Shown here: piece by piece, positions 30,482 to 40,031 of the stretch | Layout of the letters: each line of letters starts with the position of its first letter | How positions within the stretch are numbered: position 1 is the stretch's first letter | Origin: an uncultured delta proteobacterium | GTDB taxonomy: Bacteria > Myxococcota > Myxococcia > Myxococcales > Myxococcaceae | Reading direction: 5' to 3' | Length of the DNA: 64,000 nucleotides | Assembly: GCA_963771175.1 (NCBI GenBank) | Contig: CAVYSY010000027.1 | Location: forward strand, 64,001-128,000 | The notes under the pieces: generated by a model | Databases searched by the model: none | What the model was told of the DNA's origin: nothing | Seen by the model: the letters and a program-made list of their open reading frames with translations, nothing else | Translations under genes and position numbers: made by a program

Positions 30482-32344
30482 TCAGTCCCGGTAGCCGCGG
30501 GCCTGGAGGTTGAACAGGTGCGCGTAGCGCCCGTTGCGCGCCATCAACTCCGCGTGGCTGCCCAGCTCCTCCACCTCGCCGTTGTGCAGCACGGCGATCC
30601 GGTCCGCCATCCGCACCGTCGAGAACCGGTGCGAAATGACCAGGGCGATCCGGTCCGCCGCCAGCTCCTGGAAGCGCTCGAACAGCGCGTGCTCCGACTC
30701 CGCGTCGATGCTCGCCGTCGGCTCGTCGAGGATGAGCACCTCCGCGTCCTCCCGCATGAAGGCCCGCGCCACCCCCAGCTTCTGCCACTGCCCTCCGCTC
30801 AGCTCGTGCCCCTTCTCGAACCAGCCGCCCAGCATCGTGTCGTACTGGTTCGGCAGCGTGTCGATCACCGCGCTCGCCCCACCCTGCTCCGCCGCCCGGA
30901 CGATGCGGTTGCCGGTCCTCCAGCGCCGACACGTGCCCCAGCCCGATGTTCTCCGCCACGCTGAACTGGTAGCGCACGAAGTCCTGGAACACCGCCCCGA
31001 ACCGCGAGCGCAGGTCCTCCGGGTCCATGTCCTTCAGGTTCACGCCCCCGTAGAGAATCTCCCCCTCCGTCGGCTCGTACAGGCGCAGCAGCAGCTTCAC
31101 CAGCGTGCTCTTCCCCGCCCCGTTCTCCCCCACCAGCGCCAGCTTCTCCCCCGGCTCCAGCCGCAGTGACAGGTCGCGCAGCGCCCACGCCTCCTTCCCC
31201 GGATAGCGGAACGACACGTTGCGCAGCTCGATGGCGTTGCCACTCCCCCTCGACGCCGTCTTCGCCGGCAGCACCCGTGGCGCCTCCTGCCCCGTGGGTA
31301 TCTCCAGGTACGCGAAGAGGTTGCTCATGAAGAGCGCCCTCTCGTACATGCTGCCCAGGCTCGACAGGATTCCCTGGAACGCCGCCTGCCCCTGCCGGAA
31401 CACCGCCAGGTACAGCACCAGGTCGCCCACGGTGATGGCCCCCGCGCCGCCCGGCCCACCACGAACGCGTAGCACCCGTAGAACGCCCCCAGCGACACCA
31501 GCCCCAGCACCAGGCCCCACCCCATCCGCTTCAGCGCGAGCGCCCGGTCCTCCTGCGAAGAACTTCTCGAAGAGCGTCCGGTAGCGCCCCAGGATGAGCG
31601 GGCCCAGCCCGAACAGCTTCACCTCCTTCACGTGGTTGTCGCGCGTGAGGATCCACTCCAGGTAGTTGAGCTTCCGCCCCTCGGGCGCACGCCACGAGTA
31701 CAGCCGGAAGCCCTCCGCCGGCCAGCCGCGCCTCCGCGATGAACGCCGGGATGCTCGCCGCCACCAGCACCACCACGCTCCACGGCGACAGCGTCACCAG
31801 CAGCACCGCGTAGGTGGACAGCGTCACAGGTTGCGCACGATGGAGAACGCGTCCATCACCAGCGCCAGCGGCCGGCTGTTCGCCTCGCGCCGCGCGTTCT
31901 GCATCTTGTCGTAGGTGTCCGAGTCCTCGAAGTGCCGCAGCTCCAGCGTCAGCGCCTTCTCGAGGATGCGCTCGTTGAGCAGGTTGCCCAGGCTCGCCCG
32001 CAGCAGCTCGCGCGTCAGCGAGAGCCCCCGGTCCACCACCGCCGAGCCCACCATCAGCCCGAACTCCAGCCCCACCAGGCGCAACACCCGCGCCGCGCCG
32101 CCTCGCTCCCGTCCGCGCGCCGCCTCCACCACCCCGTCCATGATGAGCTTGCCCACCCAGGCGATGCGCCGCCGGCAGCACCGCCGCCACCAGCGTCAGC
32201 GCCCCCAGCACCACCGCGCCCCGGGGACTCGCCTGCCAGAAGAGGCGGAAGGTGCCCGGGCAGCTGCCGGAAGAGGCTGCCCGTGTTCTTCAGCCGGGCC
32301 TTGAGGGACTGGGGGGGACGCGGTGCGGAGTGCGGAGGAGCCAC
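30482..32344 (-). CDS. ABC transporter fused permease/ATP-binding protein (several frameshifts)
   Basis: TM region; Walker A GENGAGKS, Q-loop FQDF, signature LSGGQWQ, Walker B ILDEPT and ISHR spread across frames. Confidence 0.85.
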
Positions 32345-32514
32345 GCCCTCTGTCTAACCCGCCGCGCCCACGCGCGCCGCATCTCCCTCTCCGGAGGGCT
32401 CCACATTCCCGGCGCCCGGCGTCGGACTCCCCTCCGCCTTCCGCCTGCCTGGATGTCCCCCGAGCGGCCACCTGCGGCTATGATGGCCCGCATCCCTGTC
32501 CTGGAGACTCCTCG

Positions 32515-33027
32515 ATGAAGCGCTTCATCATCGTCTTCGACAACGAGCCGGCGGAATCGGCGCCCTGGATTTCCAGTGCCTGCTCGGCGTCCCGGCTCAC
32601 CTTCGTGGACAACGACGCCGTCACCGACGTGGTCTCCGACAGCAAGGACGCCCAGAAGCTCCTGCTCGAGTCCGGCCTCCCCCCCGGCGAGAACCCCAAG
32701 CTCGCCCCCTTCTACAAGGCCGCCCTCGACAAGGTCGCCGCCGACCAACAGCGCATCGGCCTCTACGGCGTGAGCTGGCTGCTCTACCTCGGCCAGGCCG
32801 ATGGCTGCGTGCTCGACTTCGCCGGCCTCGAGGAGCAGCGCAAGAAGGGCCTCGCCTCCGGCGTCGCCCAGAAGACCGCCGACGAGTATGTCGCGAAGTA
32901 CAGCGCTCAGTTGCAGGAGCGGGCGCGCAAGGTGCTCCCCGCCGACCGCATCCTCGTGCTGCCCGTGAACGAGAGCGACGCGAAGAAGTCCGAGCTCGTC
33001 GCGGCGTTCATCAAGAAGCTCGGGTAG
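32515..33027 (+). CDS. Hypothetical protein
   Basis: GGAG RBS, ATG at 32515, strong GC3 codon bias; no recognisable family. Confidence 0.7.
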   Translation: MKRFIIVFDNEPAESAPWISSACSASRLTFVDNDAVTDVVSDSKDAQKLLLESGLPPGENPKLAPFYKAALDKVAADQQRIGLYGVSWLLYLGQADGCVLDFAGLEEQRKKGLASGVAQKTADEYVAKYSAQLQERARKVLPADRILVLPVNESDAKKSELVAAFIKKLG

Positions 33028-33090
33028 GGCCGGGCGGCGGCCACGGTCGCTCGGGAGGGAACAGCCCCTCCCGAGCCGGTCCACCGGGCC

Positions 33091-33351
33091 CGCGAGAAGG
33101 TCGCCCAGGCGGAGAAGCTCTCGGCCCTGGGACAGTTCCTGGCGCGGCTCTCGCACGAAATCAACAACCCGCTCACCGCCATCCACAACAACCTGCCCCC
33201 GGTGCGCGACGAGCAGATGGCCGAAGCGTTGCGGCGCTGCCGCGCGCGGCTCGAGACACTCCCGGAGAACGCCCAGGAGGTCGAGCGGCCATGGCGCGAG
33301 CTGGACCTCGACTTCGTGCGCCAGGGCGCCCCCGAGGCGCTGGAGAGGTGA
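33091..33351 (+). pseudogene. Orphan HisKA (H-box) fragment of a sensor histidine kinase
   Basis: In-frame REKVAQAEKLSALGQFLARLSHEINNPLTAI..., with no start codon or sensor upstream and a stop at 33349-33351 before any HATPase domain. Confidence 0.72.
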
Positions 33352-33375
33352 ACTCCGCGCGGATAAGCTGCGGCG

Positions 33376-33765
33376 ATGATGCGCAGACCGGCGAAGGTCC
33401 TCCTCGGTATCGCGACCCTGCTGCCCCTGCTCCTGCTGGGGCTCCATTTCGTCCTCTTCATGGGCATGTTCCTGTCGGCCGCGACCGGGCATCCTCCCCC
33501 GGGAGGAGACCAGGGAGGGCCGCCGCCCCTCTTCTTCGCGCTCTTCGGACTCACCTGCCTGAACATGGTGGTCCTCGTCGCGCTGCTCGTCTTCTACATG
33601 GTGGACCTGTTCCGCAATCCCCGCGTCCCCGACAACCCGCGGGTGCTGTGGGCGGTGGTCCTCTTCTTCGGCGCGCCCCTGGCAATGCCGGTCTACTGGT
33701 TTCTCTACATCTGGCGCGAGCCCACGCTAGCGGAGGGCGAAGCACCGCCGACGCCTCGCCCCTGA
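33376..33765 (+). CDS. Small membrane protein (C-terminal PLDc_N-like motif)
   Basis: Three hydrophobic segments; DLFRN...VLWAVVLFF..P...YW pattern. Confidence 0.7.
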   Translation: MMRRPAKVLLGIATLLPLLLLGLHFVLFMGMFLSAATGHPPPGGDQGGPPPLFFALFGLTCLNMVVLVALLVFYMVDLFRNPRVPDNPRVLWAVVLFFGAPLAMPVYWFLYIWREPTLAEGEAPPTPRP

Positions 33766-33794
33766 AGCATCCGAACACTCCGTGCACGAGGAGG

Positions 33795-34045
33795 CCTCCG
33801 GGCGCGCTCTCCCGCAACTGGTCCGATGGTCGGACCAGTTCGTGAGGAGTGCGACCGGGAGGCTGCGGAAGACAGGGGGCCCGCCGGGTTCGGCCTTCAG
33901 AAACCTGTCCGACTGTCGGACAGGTTTTTGAAGAACATGGCCGGAGGGCCAGCGAGTCCCGGAGGAGAGGACACCTGCCGGGCTCGCGCTTCGGCAACCT
34001 GTACACTTAGTGGACAAGTTGGTGAGGAACTCGACCGGGAGGGGC
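33795..34045. repeat. REP/BIME-like palindromic module cluster B (3 modules; two form an inverted copy of cluster A)
   Basis: Cores AACTGGTCCGA-TGG-TCGGACCAGTT (33816-33840), AAACCTGTCCGA-CTG-TCGGACAGGTTT (33901-33927) and AACCTGTACAC-TTA-GTGGACAAGTT (33996-34020). Confidence 0.85.
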
Positions 34046-34120
34046 TCCGTCTCCGACTGCTCGCCGTTGTCGCGGGCTACCGGGTGACCTCATCGGCCAC
34101 CCGGCGCCCACCTCGGGTGC

Positions 34121-37100
34121 TCAGCCTCCGACGAGGCTCTGCTGGAACTCCTGGACGTCCCCAATCAGGTCGGCCGCGCCCTTGACGACCTTCGCCGTGC
34201 CCAGGACCATCTGCAGCGGGCCCGTGATGCTGTTCAGGCCCGGCACCGTGCCGGCGATGTCCAGGCCGAGCTGACCCGCCGCCAGCGCCACGTTCACCGG
34301 ATCCCTCGGGTCGGCCTTGAGCGCGTCGTACAGGTCCTTGGCGCTGCCGAGCGAGCTCACGCCGCTGATGATGTTGCCCAGCAGCGGCACCGACTTGAGG
34401 CCCGCCTTGGCGGCGAACTTCGCGGCCTCCTTGGTGATCTTCTCCTTGAGCTTGTCCGGAAGCGCGTCCACGAAGCGCCCGAAGAGCCGGGTGAAGTTCT
34501 CGATGCCCTGCTTGCCGAAGGGCAGATCCTGGCCAGCGATCTCGAAGTGGTCACCCTGCGTGAGCAGCGCCCCACCCGCCTGGGCGATCTCGTTGAGCGC
34601 CCCGCCGATGTCGCCGCGCGCCATCTTCTCGGCGGCCTCGAACAGGTTCGTCACCGCGCCCGAGTCCACCATGGCCGCGTTCAGCTCGCGGTCCGCGAAC
34701 AGCTCGCCGAGGCTGCCCGGAATCTTCGACAGCGTGTTGAGGAAGGCCTTGGCCGTCTCGGGAGCCGTCTGGGCGATCGTCTTGCCCGTGGTGGCGATGC
34801 CCGCCACGAAGCCCAGATATCCCCACTCTTGAGGGCCCCGAAGGCGTCGCCCAGCGCCTTGCCCACCTGGTCGTTGCCCAGCAGGCTCGCCGCCGCGACG
34901 ATGGTGTCCTTGGCCCAGTCCGGAGCGCCCAGCTTGTCCGCCAGCGAGCCCGCCATGCGCCCGCGCAGGTCCGGCGGCACGTTCGCCAGCGCCTTGCCGA
35001 GCGTCTGCAGGGCCTCGCCCGGCTTGCCCTCCGCGAGCTGCTTGCCGGCCTGCATCACGTCGAAGATGGAGCCGCCCAGCGCGGCGATGTCCTTGCCGTC
35101 CTGGATGCCGAACGGCTTGAGCTTCTCCATCAGGCCCGCGTTCTTCGCGAGCGCGTTGCCCGCCGCGGTGCGCAGCGACTCGTTGGCCAGCAGGTCCTTG
35201 GTGCCCTGCACCAGGTCGCCCGACATCATCTTGTCGAACGAGGCGTGCAGGTCCTTGTTCGTCACGAGCTGGTGGACGAAGTCCTTGTCGGTGAGCAGCG
35301 ACTTCGCCACGCCCGCGAAGCCCTCGTCCGAGAGCTTGCCGGCCGTCGTGGTGATGGCCTTCTCGATGATGGACGGCGGCATCTTGCCCGCCGCGTCCTT
35401 GAGGCTCTTGAGCGCGACCTGGAAGTCGCCCTCACCCAGCGCCTTGCCCGCCTTGAGGATGTCCGGCAGCGCCTTGCCCGCCTGGAGCAGCTCGGACGGC
35501 GTAATCCCCAGGTTGGTGATGTTGGTGCGCAGGCCCTCGGGCAGCTTGCTGACGATCTTCTCGCCAATCTTGTTCAGCAGCTCCGGGGCCGCCTCGCCCG
35601 CCTTGCCCAGCGCGGTGATGGCGTCGTCGATCTTCCCCTCGGTGAGGGCCTTCACCGCGTCGAATACGTGCGGCGCGGCCTTGCCCGCCTCGACCAGGTC
35701 GCTCGGGGCCAGGCCGATCTTCTCGAGCTGCGCCTTGACGCCCGCGTCGTTGCCGATGGCCGTGAGCGCCGCGTCGCGCGCCTTGTCGTTGCCCAGCAGC
35801 CCGCGCAGGCCCTCCATGCGGGTCGACTCGTTGAAGAGCTTGCCCACCTGGTCGTGCAGGTCGCGGTTGCCGACGACCTCCTTGAGGAAGGCATCGTTGG
35901 TGAGCAGCGACTTCGCCGCGCCGAGCTTGTCCGGAAGCTGCTGCGGCCAGACCCTTCATCGCCTGGGTGGTGAGGTCCGGCGCCGAGATGGCCGCCTCCT
36001 TCAGGCTGCTGAAGGCCTTGCCCCAGTCCTGCTTCGAGGCCGCGTCCGCCGCCTCGTACAGGTGCGGCAGCGCCGGGCCCGCCGTGCGGATCTGCTCCGG
36101 AGTGATGCCCAGCTTCGCGAACTGGTCCTTCACCCCCTGCGGCAGCGCGTCCACCACCTTCTGGCCGATCTTCGCGGCCAGCCCCGGCGCCAGCTCCACC
36201 GCCTTCTGGACATCGGCCAGACCGCCCTTCACGTCGCCCTTCTGGATCTTCTCGAAGGCATCCCACAGCTTCGGGGCCGCCTTGCCCGCATCCACCAGGT
36301 CCTTCGGCTCCAGGCCCACCTTCGCGAGCTGCGCCTTCACACCCGCGTCATTGCCAATGGCCGTGAGCGCCGCGTCGCGCGCCTTGTCGTTGTTGAGCAG
36401 GCCCTTCAGACCCTCCATCCGGGTCTGATCATTGAAGAGCTTGCCCACCTGATCGTGCAGGTCGCGGTTGCCGACGACCTCCTTGAGGAACGCGTCGTTG
36501 GTGAGCAGCGACTTCGCCGCACCCAGCTTGTCCGGGAGCTGCTGGGCCAGGCCCTTCATCGCCTGGGTGTGAGGTCCGGCGCCGAGATGGCCGCTTCCTT
36601 CAGGCTGCTGAAGGCCTTGCCCCAGTCCTGCTTCGAGGCCGCGTCCGCCGCGTCGTACAGGTGCGGCAACGCCGGACCCGCCGAGCGGATCTGCTCCTCG
36701 GTGATGCCCAGCTTCGCGAACTGGTCCTTCACGCCCTGCGGCAGCGCGTCCACCACCTTCTGGCCGATCTTCGCGGCCAGCCCCGGCGCCAGCTCCACCG
36801 CCGCCTGGACGTCGGCCAGACCGCCCTTCACATCCCCCGCCTTGAGCTTGTCGAAGGCGTCCCACAGCTTCGGCGCGGCCTTGCCCGCCTCCACCAGGTC
36901 CTTCGGCTCCAGGCCCACCTTCTCGAGCTGCGCCTTGACCGTCGGGTCGTTCGACAGCGCGCCCAGCGCCGCGTCGCGCGCCTTGTCGTTGGTGAGCAGC
37001 TCGCGGATGGCCCCCGTATCGGTCGGGTTCTTGATGAGCTTGCCGATGGAGGCGTGCAGCTCGTTGTTGGTGACCAGCTCCTTGGCCACCTTCTCATCCG

Positions 37101-37635
37101 TCAGCAGCGACTTCGCCGGGCCCTCGGGCAGGTTCCGCGCCAGCCCCTGAATGGCCTTCTGCGCCACCTCGGGCGAGGACAGCGCCGCGTTGCGCAGGTG
37201 CTCCAGCGCCTGCTCCGGGTGCCCGCCCACCACCGACTGCGCCGCCTTCTGCAGGTGCGGCTGCGCCGCCTGTCCCGCCTTCTTGAGGTCGTCCTCCGTC
37301 AGGCCGATCTTCGCCAGCGCGCTCTTGTCCGGAGCCTCGGTGGGCTGCGCCGTCGGCGCCGTGGTGGACCCCAGCTTCTCCGCCTGCTGGCCGCGCTGCG
37401 TGGAGGTGGTCGACCCGCCGCTTTCGAACCCGTCCTTCGTCTGCTGCGCCCGCGGCTTCACCTCGTTACGCGTCGAGGTGCCCTGGCCCCCGTTCGCCTT
37501 CGTCGTCCCCGTCGTGGACGGCTTGCCCGTCGCCGTGTTGCTCGGCTTCGCCGCCGGCTTGCTCTCGGGCTTCGGCTCGGGAGGCTTGGGCTTGGGAGGA
37601 GTGGACGAAGAACCACCGGCCTTCTTGATAGCCAT
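34121..37635 (-). CDS. Large (~1,170 aa) helical repeat protein with disordered N-terminus and hydrophobic C-terminus (frameshifts near 36570, 35945, 34815)
   Basis: ORF pieces 36556-37665, 34681-35847 and 34121-34807 join; the motif AKSLLT[D/N] recurs about every 200 aa; ATG at 37635. Confidence 0.75.
35291..37117. repeat. ~600-bp intragenic tandem repeat (about 3 units)
   Basis: GT(G/C)AGCAGCGACTTCGCC occurs at 35291, 35900, 36501 and 37100 (spacings 609, 601, 599). Confidence 0.9.
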
Positions 37636-37710
37636 GATGCGACCTCTCGAGCTTGGGGGCGCCACGGGTGAGCGTGGGGCGGGAGAATGTAGGCGACCTA
37701 CGTAGCTTCA

Positions 37711-37738
37711 ATTATCGGACTTATAGGTTTCCAGTTGC
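37711..37738 (-). promoter_or_regulatory. Putative sigma28/FliA-like promoter (GCAAC-N14-TCCGATAAT on the minus strand)
   Basis: The -10 is a 7/8 match to GCCGATAA, in an AT-rich patch about 75 nt upstream of ATG 37635; the -35 does not match TAAA. Confidence 0.4.
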
Positions 37739-37807
37739 GTCAGTATTTTTCTGACCGAGGTCCCGCCGGAGTCGGCGCACCCGGCGGGATGGCGCTGACG
37801 CGGAGCG

Positions 37808-38044
37808 TCAGTGCTTGTCGTCGAAGGCGATGCCCTTGTTCACCTCCTCCAGGGCCTTCTCGGTGGGCTCGACGGCCCTGGCGCGGTGGCCGCCCTTGTC
37901 GTGGGTGGCCGTCTTGAGCGCGGCCAGCGCGTAGCGCAGGTGAACGAGCGCCTCCTCCATCTTCGGCTGCTTCTCGGCGAAGGCACGCTGGGTGAAACCA
38001 CCGAGCACGAAGGCAATGGCGACGGCGATGGCGGTGCGACGCAT
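37808..38044 (-). CDS. Small secreted two-helix protein with HDKGGHR motif
   Basis: Signal peptide ending AFA; QPKMEEAL..L..A...L..ATHDKGGHRARA...; GGAG RBS. Confidence 0.7.
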   Translation of the reverse strand: MRRTAIAVAIAFVLGGFTQRAFAEKQPKMEEALVHLRYALAALKTATHDKGGHRARAVEPTEKALEEVNKGIAFDDKH

Positions 38045-38302
38045 GGGGGACTCCTGGTGGCGGGGTGCGGTTGGACTCCGCGCCCATCATCCCCGGCGCC
38101 CCGTCGACCTTTCCACAGGCCACCTGTAGGAACTTCAGCCTTCAGGGTGGGGCGTCACACCTCCGCGCAGGTAGGCGTAAATCGCCCAACGGAAGACGGG
38201 GGGCTTGGCGCGTCCAATGCCAGACAGACCCTGTATTTCCGACAGGAACGACTCGGCAAAGCCTTTGCAGCGGGGGAGGCGAAGCTCTTCAGGGGGTGCG
38301 CC

Positions 38303-38476
38303 ATGCGCGGAGTCATCACCGGACGTGAGGTGCTCGAGAACCTCGGTCTCATCTACCGGGAGTTCGGAGCCACCTGTCTCCTGCGCTGTCTGTGGGCCCT
38401 CATGCGCGGGCGCAGCACCACCTTCCTCGAGGTGGCCTGCCAACCCGAGCCGGAGTCCTTCGACCGCTTCCGCTAG
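38303..38476 (+). CDS. Small hypothetical protein (57 aa)
   Basis: GGGGG RBS; MRGVITGREVLENLGLIYREFG...; GC3-biased codons. Confidence 0.55.
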   Translation: MRGVITGREVLENLGLIYREFGATCLLRCLWALMRGRSTTFLEVACQPEPESFDRFR

Positions 38477-39975
38477 GACTCGTCTTCCGACTTCGGCGGA
38501 GACGCCGGAGTGGCAGTGGCACCCGGAGCCTTGGCCGCGTACGTCACCACGGGCCCGCCGCCGCCCCCGCCCCTGACGGGGTCCACGACCAGACCCCTCG
38601 TTCCTCCGCTCCGGAGGACGCCCCTGTGGCCGCGGCTCTCGCGGCCCCTGCTGTCCCGAGGGCCTCGCCCCCTGCTCTCCCCACGGGCGCTGTCCGTCCC
38701 CGTTACCCCGCGGGGGACGCTCGCCCTGCGGAAGCGCTCGCCCTGGGGACGGTCTCCCCGGGAGGACGCTCGCCCTGGGGACGGTCTCCCCGGGGAGGAC
38801 GCTCGCCCTGGGGACGGTCTCCCCGGGGAGGACGCTCGCCCTGGGGACGGTCTCCTCGGGGGGGCCGCTCGCCCCGGGGACGGAACTCGCGGGGCCCCTG
38901 CTGCTCCGGGGGTCGCGGGCTCTGTTCCGAGAACTGGCGCGGACCCTCTCCGTTGCCGCGCGGGGGACGGTCTCCCCGGGGGGGACGGTCTCCCGGCGGG
39001 AAGCGCTCGCCTTGGGGACGCTCGCCCTGGGGACGCCCGCCCTGCTGGAAGCGCTCGCCCTGGGGACGGTCTCCCCGGGGGACGGTCTCCCGGCGGGAAG
39101 CGCTCGCCGCGTGGGCGCTCGTCCCGAGGAGGACGCCCACCGCCGAACCTGTCTCCCGGGCCATTGCCGTTGAAGCGGCCCTCGCCGTTGCGCGGACCTC
39201 CGGAGAAGCGGCGCTCGCGCCCGCCCTCGGGCTGGAAGCGGCCCGTGGGCTCGAAGTCCGGCGTCAGCTCGCGCTTCACGTACGCCCGCCAGATTTCGGG
39301 CGCATCACCCGCTCGCGCCCGCAGGCTCGGGTCCGCCAGCTCGAAGTAGCGGCGCAGGTTCTCCAGGTCGCGCTTGAAGAAGAACTCGGCCTGGCTGTTG
39401 GCCGCCGCGTCCACCACCTGCGGGAAGTCGATGATGGTGGCCCCGCGGTTGCCCAGCAGGATGTTGAACGCCGACAGGTCCCCGTGGATGAGGTCGCAGC
39501 ACAACATCCGGATGGCCTGGTTGCGCAGGTCGAAGTACAGCGCCGACGCCTCCTCGGGCGTGAGCGCGGCCTCCTCCAGCCGGGGCGCCGGGTGACCCTC
39601 GAGGTCCAGCACCAGCTCCATCAGCAGCACGCCCTCGTAGAACATCACCGGCTTGGGCACGCACACGCCGGCCGCGTACAGCTTGCCCAGCGCGTCCGCC
39701 TCGGCCGTCTTCCAGGCATCCTCCGCCGCCCGGACGCCGAAGCGGCTCCCCTTGGCGATGGCTCGCGCGGTGCGGCTGTTGCGCACCTGCCGGCCCTCCC
39801 GGTAGCCCGAGTTGTTGCGGAAGTTGCGGTGCTCGCGCTCCTTGTAGATCTTGGCCGCGACGATCTCGCCGCCGTGGCGGACAAGGTACACGTCCGCCTC
39901 CTTGCCACTCTTGAGGCGACCCACGACCTCGTCAATCACACCATCGGTCAGAAGAACTTGAAGCGCTTCGTTCAT
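38473..39975 (-). CDS. RIO1-family atypical kinase with long R/G/D/E/P low-complexity tail (compensating frameshifts in the tail)
   Basis: LKSGKEADVY, AAKIYK, IHGDLSAFNIL and IIDFPQ motifs. Confidence 0.9.
   Translation of the reverse strand: MNEALQVLLTDGVIDEVVGRLKSGKEADVYLVRHGGEIVAAKIYKEREHRNFRNNSGYREGRQVRNSRTARAIAKGSRFGVRAAEDAWKTAEADALGKLYAAGVCVPKPVMFYEGVLLMELVLDLEGHPAPRLEEAALTPEEASALYFDLRNQAIRMLCCDLIHGDLSAFNILLGNRGATIIDFPQVVDAAANSQAEFFFKRDLENLRRYFELADPSLRARAGDAPEIWRAYVKRELTPDFEPTGRFQPEGGRERRFSGGPRNGEGRFNGNGPGDRFGGGRPPRDERPRGERFPPGDRPPGRPSPGRALPAGRASPGRASPRRALPAGRPSPPGRPSPARQRRGSAPVLGTEPATPGAAGAPRVPSPGRAAPPRRPSPGRASSPGRPSPGRASSPGRPSPGRASSRGDRPQGERFRRASVPRGVTGTDSARGESRGRGPRDSRGRESRGHRGVLRSGGTRGLVVDPVRGGGGGGPVVTYAAKAPGATATPASPPKSEDES
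38730..39110. repeat. 33-bp and 18-bp tandem repeats encoding RGDRPQGERPP-type units
   Basis: GGGGAGGACGCTCGCCCTGGGGACGGTCTCCCC repeated; peptide visible in ORF 38703-39164. Confidence 0.85.
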
Positions 39976-40031
39976 GCGTTTGCGTGTCGAAAGGCTTGGA
40001 GTCCTATCACGTATTCCGGGTGGTGCTCACC

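Noticed and set aside
34547..37150. 867-aa + strand ORF and similar long antisense ORFs (5376-7649, 57561-60149, 19928-21781)
   Set aside because: They are antisense shadows of real genes with recognisable motifs on the other strand.
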